NCBI GenBank assembly: GCA_045545475.1
Contig: JAZQAZ010000008.1
Coordinates: forward strand, 122,691-186,690
Source: Clostridia bacterium
GTDB taxonomy: Bacteria > Bacillota > Clostridia > CAKSNL01 > HGM11501
DNA: 64,000 nt
Direction of reading: 5' to 3'
In this document: positions 29,902 through 39,649 of the stretch, in pieces
How positions within the stretch are numbered: position 1 is the first letter of the stretch
Layout of the letters: each line of letters starts with the position of its first letter
Translations under genes and position numbers: made by a program
The notes under the pieces: generated by a model
What the model was told of the DNA's origin: nothing
What the model saw: only the letters and a program-made list of their open reading frames with translations
Databases searched by the model: none

Positions 29902-32487
29902 ATGAAGACATTTAACGAAAAATTCAATGCAGTATTAAAAAATGAGCCCGACAATTATCTTCTTCCGTTTCTTTGGGTTCATAACGAAGATGATGAACTC
30001 TTAAAAAGAGAGATTCAGAAGATTTATGAGTCCGGGATAAGGGCTGTCTGCGTGGAATCCAGAACCCACGAAGAATTCGGCAAGGATGACTGGTGGAGCG
30101 ATATGCAGCTTATCTTCGATGAGTGCGAAAAATTAGGTATGGAAGTATGGCTTCTTGACGACAAACATTTCCCGACAGGATTTGCTGTGGATCAGGCATC
30201 CGCTCCCGAAAATGCCCATCTTGTAAAAAGAAGATTTACAGAACTTCACACCGATGTTGTCGGCCCGTGTAAAAACCACAATCTTATTATCGATACCAAG
30301 CTTCCGGAAAATCCTGATATTGTAAAAATAGTTGCATACAAAAGAAACAGTATAGAATTTGAATATTCGGCAGAATTCATTGATCTTACAGATAAGTATG
30401 AAGACGGACTTATAAAAAATATGGATCTTTCGGAGGGTATCTGGTCTGTATTTACGTTATATACATATCCCGTGCCTGAAGAAAGACATATTGATACATT
30501 AAACCCAGAGGCTTGCGATATTTTGGTTAATGCGGTTTATGAGCCGATGTACGAACATTTTTCAAAGTATTTCGGAAATATATTTAAGGGATTCTTCTCG
30601 GATGAACCTTATATAGCACGTTGTACATTACCGACAGAAGGTGAAACGAGTTTTAACGGTGCACTTCCTTGTAATCACCTTGTTTTTGAACGATTGATAG
30701 AAAGATTCGGTGACGATGCACTTTGCAAACTTCCTTCTCTTCTTTATAATGTAGAAGGCGTTTCACCCGAATTCAGAGTTGCCTATATGGATATTGTATC
30801 AACTCTTTATGCGGAAAGCTTCTGTCAAAAGCTTGGTGACTGGTCGAGAGCACATGGTGTTGAATATATCGGTCACGTTATAGAAGATAACAGCCGTGAT
30901 ACAAAATTCGCATCAGGAGCTCACTTTTTCCGTTCCATGGACGGACAGGATATGGGCGGTATTGACGTTGTGTTAAACGAAATACTTCCAGGTTTTCAGG
31001 ATTGCAAGGCTACCATCTGCCATGGTATTCAGTATGCTGACCACGAGTTTTTCCATTATGAACTTGCGAAGCTTGCATCCAGTCACAGTCACATCCAGAA
31101 AGATGTTAAAAAGGGAAGAGCGATGTGTGAAATGTATGGTGCATTCGGTTGGGCAGAAGGTCTTAAGATGATGAAATGGCTTTCCGACCATATGCTTGTC
31201 CGCGGAATCAACTATTTTGTTCCTCATGCTTTTTCGGGAATAAGCCCCGACCTTGACTGTCCTCCTCATTTTTACGAGGGCGGAACATATTCTCAGTTCA
31301 AGGACTTTAAGTCTTTGATGGAATATTCCAACCGTGTAAGTACTCTTCTTACAGACGGCGACCATAAGTGCAAGGTAGCTCTTTATTACAGAGCAGAAGG
31401 CGAATGGTCCGGCGGAAGAAACGGACATGAAAAGAAATATGCTAAAATTCTTACGGATAATCAGATTGACTTTGACATTATTCCTCTTGATTACCTTATT
31501 AATGCTACAGTTGATGACGGAAATATCGTTCTCTGCGACGAAAAATATCCTTGCCTAGTAGTTCCTAACAGCGAATATCTTCCTATAAAAGCATTAAGAC
31601 GCTTTACAGAGCTTGCCGATGCAGGTGTTAAGGTAATTTTTGCAGGTGGTTATATAGATAAAAGCTGTGAAGGGGAGAGTGTATCTTTCTTAAATGGCGA
31701 AAACCTTATTGAGGTAGCACCCGAAAAATTAGTTTCATATTTAAGAAGTGAAGGTCTTTATGATATTTCGCTTTCAAAACCCCATCAGAATTTAAGATAC
31801 TATCGCTACATAAACGGTAATAACGAAATTTATATGTTTGTTAACGAAGATATCTTAAAATCCTGCGAAACAGTTGTTTATCCCGAAGGATTCAGCGGCG
31901 GAACATATATTGAATACGACGCAATGAATAATGTTGCTGTGAAGAAAGTAACAAATGACGGAATCAAGCTTAATCTCGATCCCTACAATTCAGTATTTAT
32001 AATTTTAGGTGATGTGGATGCCGACATTCCTGCGTTTGAAGAGCTTACCGAGGCAAAGAGATCTCTTGTTCCCGAAAGCTATGACGTATCTTTGGCAGAA
32101 GGAAGCGAAGATTATACATTCACTCCTTTTAAAAAGGATTTTGTACTCTGCAATATCAATGCACTTCCCGGAATGGACCGCTTTGCAGGACATATAAAAT
32201 ACGAGACTAAAGTTAATGTTGATGCAAGCGGATATAAAAAACTTTATCTCGAAATCGAAAATGCCGGTGAGACAGTTAATGTGGCTGTAAACGGAAAGAA
32301 AGCTTTGGGAAGAATAGTTCCTCCTTACAAGTTCGATATTACAGACCTTGTAAAAGCAGGGGAGAACGAACTTGAAATTATCGTAACAACTCATATGGGA
32401 TTCCGTGAAAGAGATAAATTTTCAAGATACATGGTAATGGAGCCCACCGGTATGTCGGGAAAAGTTGAGCTTGTAGAATACAAATAA
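29902..32487 (+). CDS. Large glycoside hydrolase, GH106-like with GH2-type sugar-binding C-terminus
   Basis: PFLW, WLLDDKHFPTG, FFSDEP, EMYGAFGW and RGINYFVPHAF motifs. Confidence 0.7.
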   Translation: MKTFNEKFNAVLKNEPDNYLLPFLWVHNEDDELLKREIQKIYESGIRAVCVESRTHEEFGKDDWWSDMQLIFDECEKLGMEVWLLDDKHFPTGFAVDQASAPENAHLVKRRFTELHTDVVGPCKNHNLIIDTKLPENPDIVKIVAYKRNSIEFEYSAEFIDLTDKYEDGLIKNMDLSEGIWSVFTLYTYPVPEERHIDTLNPEACDILVNAVYEPMYEHFSKYFGNIFKGFFSDEPYIARCTLPTEGETSFNGALPCNHLVFERLIERFGDDALCKLPSLLYNVEGVSPEFRVAYMDIVSTLYAESFCQKLGDWSRAHGVEYIGHVIEDNSRDTKFASGAHFFRSMDGQDMGGIDVVLNEILPGFQDCKATICHGIQYADHEFFHYELAKLASSHSHIQKDVKKGRAMCEMYGAFGWAEGLKMMKWLSDHMLVRGINYFVPHAFSGISPDLDCPPHFYEGGTYSQFKDFKSLMEYSNRVSTLLTDGDHKCKVALYYRAEGEWSGGRNGHEKKYAKILTDNQIDFDIIPLDYLINATVDDGNIVLCDEKYPCLVVPNSEYLPIKALRRFTELADAGVKVIFAGGYIDKSCEGESVSFLNGENLIEVAPEKLVSYLRSEGLYDISLSKPHQNLRYYRYINGNNEIYMFVNEDILKSCETVVYPEGFSGGTYIEYDAMNNVAVKKVTNDGIKLNLDPYNSVFIILGDVDADIPAFEELTEAKRSLVPESYDVSLAEGSEDYTFTPFKKDFVLCNINALPGMDRFAGHIKYETKVNVDASGYKKLYLEIENAGETVNVAVNGKKALGRIVPPYKFDITDLVKAGENELEIIVTTHMGFRERDKFSRYMVMEPTGMSGKVELVEYK

Positions 32488-32491
32488 TTAT

Positions 32492-32516
32492 AAGGGCGGG
32501 CATTGCCCGCCCTTTA
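32492..32516 (+). terminator. Intrinsic terminator
   Basis: AAGGGCGGGC-ATT-GCCCGCCCTTT. Confidence 0.7.
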
Positions 32517-32557
32517 CTAAATAGCAATATTTTTATATTTTTAAGCAAGATAGTTTA

Positions 32558-32586
32558 TTTACAAAAAGATATATTTGGTATAAACT
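32558..32586 (+). promoter_or_regulatory. Promoter of epimerase/oxidoreductase operon
   Basis: TTTACA-17 bp-TAAACT. Confidence 0.55.
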
Positions 32587-32612
32587 GAAGAAAAATAAAA
32601 GGAGATGTAAAT

Positions 32613-33467
32613 ATGTATAAATTTCCCATCGGCGTAATGGTTGAATCCTTCCGCCTTCCCACAAAAGATGCTATAAAGAGAGCTGCTGCAATCGGTGCGA
32701 ACGGTCTTCAGATGTATGCAACTCACGGAGAAAACTCTCCCGAAAATTTAAAAGGAGATAAGGTAAAAGAGCTTCTCGCCTTCGTAAAGGATAACGGTCT
32801 TTGCTTCTCAGCACTTTGCGGTGACCTTGGAAGAGGCTTTGGTAATGCAGAGCTTAATCCCGGTTTAATTGAACAGTCTAAGAAAATTCTTTATCTCGCA
32901 AAGGAGCTTGAAACAGACATCGTTACAACCCACATTGGCGTTGTTCCTTCGGATAAGAATCACGAAAGATATAAAATTATGCAGGAGGCTTGCCATACTC
33001 TTGCAGAATTCGCTGACAGTCTGGATGCTCATTTCGCTATAGAGACCGGCCCTGAAACAAGCGCCGTATTAAAAGAATTTCTCGATTCACTCGGCTCAAA
33101 GGGCGTTGCAGTAAACTTAGACCCCGCAAACCTCGTAATGGTAACAGGCGACAATCCTGTAACGGCGGTTCATAACTTAAAAGATTATATCGTACACACC
33201 CACGCAAAAGACGGAAATAAGCTTTGCGATAAGAATCCTGAATATGTTTACGGAATAATCAAGGCTCCCGAAGATGTTAAAAACGTACAGAGCTTTGAAG
33301 AAGTACCCTTAGGAACAGGCAGCGTTCCTTTCCCTGAATACTTAAAGGCACTTGAGGAAATAGGATACAAGGGCTTTTTGACAATTGAAAGGGAATGCGG
33401 AGCAGATCCTGAAAGAGATATTGTTACTGCGTATAATTTCTTAAATAAAGTAATCAGCGAAAATTAA
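32613..33467 (+). CDS. Sugar phosphate isomerase/epimerase (AP_endonuc_2 TIM barrel)
   Basis: IETGPE, NLDPANL, HTHAKD and TIERE metal motifs. Confidence 0.88.
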   Translation: MYKFPIGVMVESFRLPTKDAIKRAAAIGANGLQMYATHGENSPENLKGDKVKELLAFVKDNGLCFSALCGDLGRGFGNAELNPGLIEQSKKILYLAKELETDIVTTHIGVVPSDKNHERYKIMQEACHTLAEFADSLDAHFAIETGPETSAVLKEFLDSLGSKGVAVNLDPANLVMVTGDNPVTAVHNLKDYIVHTHAKDGNKLCDKNPEYVYGIIKAPEDVKNVQSFEEVPLGTGSVPFPEYLKALEEIGYKGFLTIERECGADPERDIVTAYNFLNKVISEN

Positions 33468-33487
33468 TTCCGAAAGAGGTTGATTTT

Positions 33488-34558
33488 ATGAAAAAGTTAA
33501 GAATTGGTATGGTTGGCGCAGGAAACATTGCGAAAGCGCATCTTGATTCTTATATGAGTAATCCGAATGTTGAAATTACGGCAATATGTGACTTTAACGA
33601 AGCTACACTTAAAGCAACTGCTGATAAATATAAGATAGAAAAAGCATTTCTTTCCGAAAAAGAAATGCTTGAAAATGTAGAGCTTGATGCTGTTGACGTT
33701 TGCGTATGGAACTGTTCGCATGCCGAATGTTCGATAATGGCGTTAAACAAAGGGCTTGATGTACTTTGCGAAAAGCCTATGGCTATGAATGCCAAAGAAG
33801 CAGAAGAAATGCTTGAAGCCGCAAAGAAAAACGAAAAACTTCTTATGCTTGGGTTTGTTACAAGATTTTCAAACGAAGCAAAAGTTACGAAGGACTTTAT
33901 TGAAAAGGGATACCTTGGAGATATCTATATGGCAAAGGCTACATATGTAAGAAGGAACGGAAATCCTTCGGGATGGTTTTCGGATAAATCCCGTTCAGGT
34001 GGTGGTCCCGTAATTGATATCGGAGTGCATCCTCTTGATTTAACACGATACCTTATGGGAAATCCTAAGCCTGTTTCGGTTTACGCAGCAACTTATGATT
34101 TGCTTCATGAAAGCCGTGCAAAGCTTCGTACGAAGGCTGCATGGATGCCTGCAGGAGCTGATCCGGAAACAGATGTTTGCGATGTTGAAGACAGTGCAAT
34201 TGCTATTATTCGTTATGATAACGGAGCAACAACCTTGCTCGAGGCAAGCTATGCAATAAACGGAAGTCCTAAGGGAGAAAGAAATATCTACGGAACCAAA
34301 GGCGGAATTGACCTGCAAGACGGAAAACTCACTTTACACACTGATGTAAACGGATTTATGTCTGACAGCCAGCTTTTGGATCTTGACCAGATGAAAGAAT
34401 CTAAAGGCATGTTTAAAGCAGAAATGGACCACTTTGTTGATTGCTGCTTAAACAAAACAAAATGTATGTCACCGGCAGAAGACGGCGTTGAAGTAATGAA
34501 AATACTTGATGCTATTTACGAATCCGCAAGAACAGGACATGAGGTGATTATAAAATGA
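33488..34558 (+). CDS. Gfo/Idh/MocA family oxidoreductase
   Basis: GAGNIA, CEKP and GGGPVIDIGVH motifs. Confidence 0.92.
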   Translation: MKKLRIGMVGAGNIAKAHLDSYMSNPNVEITAICDFNEATLKATADKYKIEKAFLSEKEMLENVELDAVDVCVWNCSHAECSIMALNKGLDVLCEKPMAMNAKEAEEMLEAAKKNEKLLMLGFVTRFSNEAKVTKDFIEKGYLGDIYMAKATYVRRNGNPSGWFSDKSRSGGGPVIDIGVHPLDLTRYLMGNPKPVSVYAATYDLLHESRAKLRTKAAWMPAGADPETDVCDVEDSAIAIIRYDNGATTLLEASYAINGSPKGERNIYGTKGGIDLQDGKLTLHTDVNGFMSDSQLLDLDQMKESKGMFKAEMDHFVDCCLNKTKCMSPAEDGVEVMKILDAIYESARTGHEVIIK

Positions 34559-35430
34559 AAATTTCAGTAAGCTCATATTCCTACAGCAGGTATTTAACAC
34601 AAGGGCATACAATTCTTGATGTTGTTGATAAAGCTCACGAAATGGGCTTTTCCGCAATGGAATTTATTGATATTCCGGGGGATGATTTTCCTGCCAGAAA
34701 GGAAAAAGCAAAAGAGGTAAAAGAAAGACTTGATTCCTACGGAATGGAAGTAACCGCATATACGATCGGTGCAGATATGTATAAAACCGGAGATGATTTC
34801 AAGAATCAGTTCGATACACTTAAGCATCAGCTTGATATTGCAGCAATTCTTAACGCTCCTTTAATGAGACATGATGCAACTTATCAGAAGCCTGTTATCG
34901 GAAACGGTCTTATGAGTTTTGATAAAATGCTTCCCGTAATGGCTGAAAATACCAGAGTAGTAACAGAATATGCAAAGACTTTGGGAATCAAAACCTGCGT
35001 TGAAAATCACGGCTATGTTGTCCAGGATGCTGAGCGATTAGAGCGCTATTTCAACGCCGTAAATCACGAAAATTTCGGTCTTTTGGTTGATATGGGAAAT
35101 TTCCTTTGTGCCGACTCTGACCCGATTTTATCGGTTTCCCGTCTTGCACCTTATGCAATTCACGTTCATGCCAAGGATATGATTTTCTACTCCGGTGAAG
35201 GTCACAATCCCGGTGGAGGGTGTTTTTCCACAAGAGGAGGAAACTGGCTCAGAGGTACAGTAATCGGGCAGGGAAGCGTTCCTGTTAAGCAGTGCCTCCG
35301 TGTGCTCCGCTTCGCAGGGTACACAGGCAATCTGGGGATTGAATTTGAAGGATGCGAAGACCCGATAGAATCAATAGACAGAGGACATACTAACTTAAAG
35401 AAGTATCTTAAGCAGCTTGACAATGAATAA
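34555..35430 (+). CDS. Sugar phosphate isomerase/epimerase (AP_endonuc_2)
   Basis: VENHG, VDMGNF, HVHAKD and IEFEG motifs. Confidence 0.88.
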   Translation: MKISVSSYSYSRYLTQGHTILDVVDKAHEMGFSAMEFIDIPGDDFPARKEKAKEVKERLDSYGMEVTAYTIGADMYKTGDDFKNQFDTLKHQLDIAAILNAPLMRHDATYQKPVIGNGLMSFDKMLPVMAENTRVVTEYAKTLGIKTCVENHGYVVQDAERLERYFNAVNHENFGLLVDMGNFLCADSDPILSVSRLAPYAIHVHAKDMIFYSGEGHNPGGGCFSTRGGNWLRGTVIGQGSVPVKQCLRVLRFAGYTGNLGIEFEGCEDPIESIDRGHTNLKKYLKQLDNE

Positions 35431-35465
35431 AAAATAATCGCAGGCAACGCCTGCGATTATTTTTT
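35429..35465. terminator. Bidirectional terminator
   Basis: AAAAATAATCGCAGGC-AAC-GCCTGCGATTATTTTT. Confidence 0.85.
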
Positions 35466-36329
35466 ATTTGTATTTCTGTATTCTCCGGGAGTTTTTCCGG
35501 TTAATTTTTTAAATGATTTTATAAAATGAGGGATATCAGTAAAACCAACATTTGTTACAATTGTATTTATCGGAAGATTTGTTGTGTGAAGAAGATCCAT
35601 TGCAAGATTCATCCTGTATCTGACCAGAAAGTTGTGAAGCGTATCTCCTGTGTTTTCTTTGAAAATTCTGTTAAGATACGAAGGGTTGAAATGAAAATAT
35701 TCACCGATGGTTTCGTTTGTCAAATCAAGGTGATAATTATTTTCTATATACTGAATAACCTTTCTCACTGTTTCGTAATTCTTTTTCTTTTCAGATGTTT
35801 CCGTAAGTTCTGCAGTTTTCGCAAGAGTGATAAGAATAAACTTAAGGCATGAGGAAAGGTATTCCTGTGAATAGTTGTTTTTAAGGTAATACTCAGATGC
35901 CAGAAGTCTTAAATTAGCTTCCACTGAAGTGGCGTTTTTGATATAAACAGGTGTGTTTAATATTTTCGCATCCTCAAAGTTGATTATTTCAAGAATGTCT
36001 TCTTCAGAAAAGTTTTCCGAATGAACAGGGTGGAAAGAAGCAGTATGACTCGAAAAATTCATTGTGTAATCGAAGTTCACAAAAAGAGCACTCACACCTT
36101 TTTCATCAAGCTGCCAGACATATCTTGTACCCGATTTAAAAAGAATGGCACAACCCTGATGCAAGGGGTAAACCGTATCTTCAATTTTTATACTTCCGTT
36201 TCCGTTTAAGATGTAAAACAATCTGCAATCAGAAGTGCGCAGTTCTTTATAAACATCGTTTTTTACGCGGGAACTTAAATTCGATATTATAACCTGTCGT
36301 GTGAAAGGCTCTATGTTACCTATAAGCAT
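35457..36329 (-). CDS. AraC family regulator (cupin + HTH), divergent from the glycyl-radical operon
   Basis: VGFTDIPHFIKSFKKLTGKTPGEYR; AAGGAGG RBS before ATG 36329. Confidence 0.88.
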   Translation of the reverse strand: MLIGNIEPFTRQVIISNLSSRVKNDVYKELRTSDCRLFYILNGNGSIKIEDTVYPLHQGCAILFKSGTRYVWQLDEKGVSALFVNFDYTMNFSSHTASFHPVHSENFSEEDILEIINFEDAKILNTPVYIKNATSVEANLRLLASEYYLKNNYSQEYLSSCLKFILITLAKTAELTETSEKKKNYETVRKVIQYIENNYHLDLTNETIGEYFHFNPSYLNRIFKENTGDTLHNFLVRYRMNLAMDLLHTTNLPINTIVTNVGFTDIPHFIKSFKKLTGKTPGEYRNTNKK

Positions 36330-36520
36330 CGGAAAACCTCCTTTGTTAAAACATTCTATCACATTAAAGACAATTATGCAATAGTGTATTTTGTTGTTCT
36401 TAAAGGGTTTTTGAAAAGATAAAAGTACAAAAAACACAATTTGATGTGTGTTTTAGACATTTACTTATTTTTTATATGATAGTATTATGATAGTGAAGAA
36501 AAAGTGACAGAGGGGATAGT

Positions 36521-37420
36521 ATGAAAGGAATAATAACCAACATCCAGCGTTTCTCGCTTACTGACGGCGACGGTATACGTACCACAGTGTTTTTTAAAGG
36601 TTGTAACTTAAATTGTACGTGGTGCCATAATCCGGAAACTATAAATAGAGGAAGCGAACTTCTGTTTTACGAAAACAAATGCATCGGCTGCGGAAAATGC
36701 TTTGAAAGCTGCCCTGAGAAAGCACATATTACGGTTGACGGCAAGCATAAAATTGACCGTACTAAATGCATCGGTTGCGGAAAATGTGCTGATACTTGCT
36801 ACGCCGAAGCTCTTATGATGTGCGGAAAGAATATGTCTGTTTCCGATATTTTGAAAGAAGTTAAACAAGATAAGGCGTATTACGATGCATCCTGTGGTGG
36901 TGTTACATTATCCGGTGGAGAAGTTTTGTGCCAAAAGGATTTTGCCATGGAACTTATTGATGCATGCCATAAAGAAGACATTAAAGTAGCAGTTGAGACA
37001 AATATTTGTTTTTCCTTTGATTATGCAAAAGAGTTCCTTTTAAAGTGTGACCTTATAATGTGTGATCTTAAAATATGGGACGAAGAAGATCACGTAAAAT
37101 ATACCGGTGCGTTAAATTCTAAAATTATAGAAAACATCAGAAAACTTGACGAAATGAATATTCCGTTTATAGTAAGAACTCCGCTTATTCCGGGTGCAAC
37201 AGACAGTGATGAAAACATAAGGACAATTGCATCATTCCTTAAGGGTCATAAAAACTTAAAAAGATACGAAATTCTTAACTACAATCCTCTGGGAGAAGGA
37301 AAGTATAAAGCACTTAATGTGAAAAACGATTTCGAAAATGCAAGGCCTTTCGGAAAAGAACGGCTTGATGAAATCAAAGCAATTCTCGATGAAACGGGAA
37401 TCAACTATAAAATAATTTAA
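36521..37420 (+). CDS. Glycyl-radical enzyme activating protein (radical SAM with ferredoxin insert)
   Basis: DGDGIRTTVFFKGCNLNCTWCHNPE; two CxxCxxCxxxC motifs; GGVTLSGGE. Confidence 0.95.
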   Translation: MKGIITNIQRFSLTDGDGIRTTVFFKGCNLNCTWCHNPETINRGSELLFYENKCIGCGKCFESCPEKAHITVDGKHKIDRTKCIGCGKCADTCYAEALMMCGKNMSVSDILKEVKQDKAYYDASCGGVTLSGGEVLCQKDFAMELIDACHKEDIKVAVETNICFSFDYAKEFLLKCDLIMCDLKIWDEEDHVKYTGALNSKIIENIRKLDEMNIPFIVRTPLIPGATDSDENIRTIASFLKGHKNLKRYEILNYNPLGEGKYKALNVKNDFENARPFGKERLDEIKAILDETGINYKII

Positions 37421-37432
37421 GGAGAATGTAAA

Positions 37433-39637
37433 ATGAGTGAACTTACATTTATAAACAGGTTTTCAGTTGATGAAAAGTTTACATATGATAAAAGAATTGA
37501 ACTTCTCCGCAAAAGAAAGATAGAACAGACGGAAGAAAAAGCACGTCTAGGCGGGGCAAACGAGGATGATTACGGACTTATTGTTCAGGATGAATTCAAG
37601 TATAAGCTTAAGCCCAATCATGAAAACGGATCCATTTACGGATATAAGGCGTGGACAGAGAATTACTGTGCGATACTTGACTCTCATCCGTTATACTGCG
37701 ATCCCTTAGATGCTTTCGTTGGAAAAGGATTTCTGTTTTTAGAAAGATTGAGACCTGTTACCTGCAAGTGGAATCCTGACTATCCTTTTGATGAGTTAAA
37801 GGTTTTGTTCGATAAGTATAACATAATTTCCGGCATTGATAACTGTCACCATTTCACGCCGGACCTTGAAATAGGATTCAAGCTGGGATGGGGAGGTATA
37901 CTTAAAAAGCTTAAAGAACAAAGAGAGCTACACGACGAAACACACTATGAATTCTATGACAGCGAAATTCAGGTTGTTGAAGCGATAATCAGATTCTTAC
38001 GCCGTATGGCAACTGAGATAGAGTATCTTGTCAAAAAAGAGACTAATCCCGAATTGAAAGAAAATCTTTACGCTATGGCTAAGGTTAATATGAAAACAGC
38101 ATCTGAGCCACCTGAAACCTTCCGAGAAGCTGTGCAGTGGATGTGTTGGTTCAGTATGCTTTCAAGAACATATAACCGAGGAAGTGCAGGCGGACAGCTT
38201 GACGAAATGCTTCGTCCTTATTATGAAAGAGATATTGAAAAAGGGATTCTGACAGACGATGAAGCTGTTTTCTATCTCGCTTGTCTCTTTTTACAGGACA
38301 GCCGTTATTTCCAGCTTGGAGGCCCCGATGCAGAGGGCAGGGATATGACATCTAAAATTTCTTATCTTTGTTTAGATGCTGCAGATAAAATTAATATTGC
38401 ATGTAATCTTACAATCAGAGTTCACGATAATTTGGATGAAGATTTCTTTAAAAAGTCGGTTTATTATCTTTTCAAAAACAAGCAGGGATGGCCCAGATAC
38501 TCATCGGATACAGCTTTGGCCGAAGGATTTATGAAATGCGGATATCCTTTGGAGCTTGCGAGAAAACGAGTGGCGGCTGGATGTCACTGGATGTGCATAC
38601 CGGGAATGGAATATACCATGAACGATACGGTCAAAATTAACCTTGCTAAGGTTTTTGAGGTTGCTTATTACGATATGATGGCATCGGGAGTTAAGTCCAC
38701 AGAGGAGCTCTGGAAGCTTTACAAGATGCACTTAAAGGCCGCGGTTGATGCAACCGGAAATGGAATAATGCACCACCTTAAATATCAGACTAAGAGTCAG
38801 CCGGAGCTTATATTAAATCTTTTTCAGCACGGTCTTATTGAAAAAGGAGTAAACATAACAGACGGCGGAGCAAACTACTACAACATGTGCGTTGACGGAA
38901 GCGGAATAGCCGTTGTTGCAGATAGCTTTGCCGCTTGTCAGCAGAGGGTAGAGCTCGAAGGTAAAATCACTTTTGACGAACTTACAAAACATTTGAAAGA
39001 GAATTTTTCCGGTAAAGACGGAGAATATATCCGCGTAATGCTACAAAACAGCCAGCGATACTGTGGAGGCGATACGTTGGGCGATGACTGGGCTAAGAGG
39101 ATAAGTGAGCTTTATACAGAGCTTGTAAGGGATCTTAACAATCAGCATCCCGGAATTAATTTCATTCCCGGATTTTTCTCCTGGTCAAACACAATAGGCC
39201 TTGGAAAAACTGTTTCTGCCACGCCTAACGGCAGAAAGGCTTACGATGCGATAAACCACGGTGCAAATCCCAACGGAGGTTTCAGAAAAGACGGTGCGGT
39301 TTCCGCAATGTGCAATTCCATCGGAGCTATTCAGCCGGGCTACGGCAACTGCGCTCCGGTTCAGCTTGAATTTGACCCGGGAATTGTCAATGACGAAGAA
39401 GGAATAGAAAAAATGGCAGCGATGATAAAAACCATAATGAACACGGGAAATACTTTGCTTAATATTAACATCATTGATGCAAAAAAGATACTTGAGGCAC
39501 ATAAAGATCCGTTCAAGTACCCCGATTTGGTTGTCAGAGTTACGGGTTTTACTGCATTTTTCGCAATGCTGTCACCTGAATTCAGGCAACTTGTTGTAGA
39601 CAGAGTTACATCCGTTAATCCGGATGCGTGTATATAA
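37433..39637 (+). CDS. Glycyl-radical enzyme (PFL superfamily) of unknown reaction
   Basis: C-terminal YPDLVVRVTGF (Gly705), ATPNGR, Cys loop AAGCHW (Cys384); adjacent activase. Confidence 0.92.
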   Translation: MSELTFINRFSVDEKFTYDKRIELLRKRKIEQTEEKARLGGANEDDYGLIVQDEFKYKLKPNHENGSIYGYKAWTENYCAILDSHPLYCDPLDAFVGKGFLFLERLRPVTCKWNPDYPFDELKVLFDKYNIISGIDNCHHFTPDLEIGFKLGWGGILKKLKEQRELHDETHYEFYDSEIQVVEAIIRFLRRMATEIEYLVKKETNPELKENLYAMAKVNMKTASEPPETFREAVQWMCWFSMLSRTYNRGSAGGQLDEMLRPYYERDIEKGILTDDEAVFYLACLFLQDSRYFQLGGPDAEGRDMTSKISYLCLDAADKINIACNLTIRVHDNLDEDFFKKSVYYLFKNKQGWPRYSSDTALAEGFMKCGYPLELARKRVAAGCHWMCIPGMEYTMNDTVKINLAKVFEVAYYDMMASGVKSTEELWKLYKMHLKAAVDATGNGIMHHLKYQTKSQPELILNLFQHGLIEKGVNITDGGANYYNMCVDGSGIAVVADSFAACQQRVELEGKITFDELTKHLKENFSGKDGEYIRVMLQNSQRYCGGDTLGDDWAKRISELYTELVRDLNNQHPGINFIPGFFSWSNTIGLGKTVSATPNGRKAYDAINHGANPNGGFRKDGAVSAMCNSIGAIQPGYGNCAPVQLEFDPGIVNDEEGIEKMAAMIKTIMNTGNTLLNINIIDAKKILEAHKDPFKYPDLVVRVTGFTAFFAMLSPEFRQLVVDRVTSVNPDACI

Positions 39638-39649
39638 GGAGGAATAGAA

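Noticed and set aside
37433-39637. Annotation as pyruvate formate-lyase (pflB) or choline TMA-lyase (cutC)
   Set aside because: No CC pair and no GCVE loop; the activase has a ferredoxin insert unlike PflA; there are no microcompartment genes.
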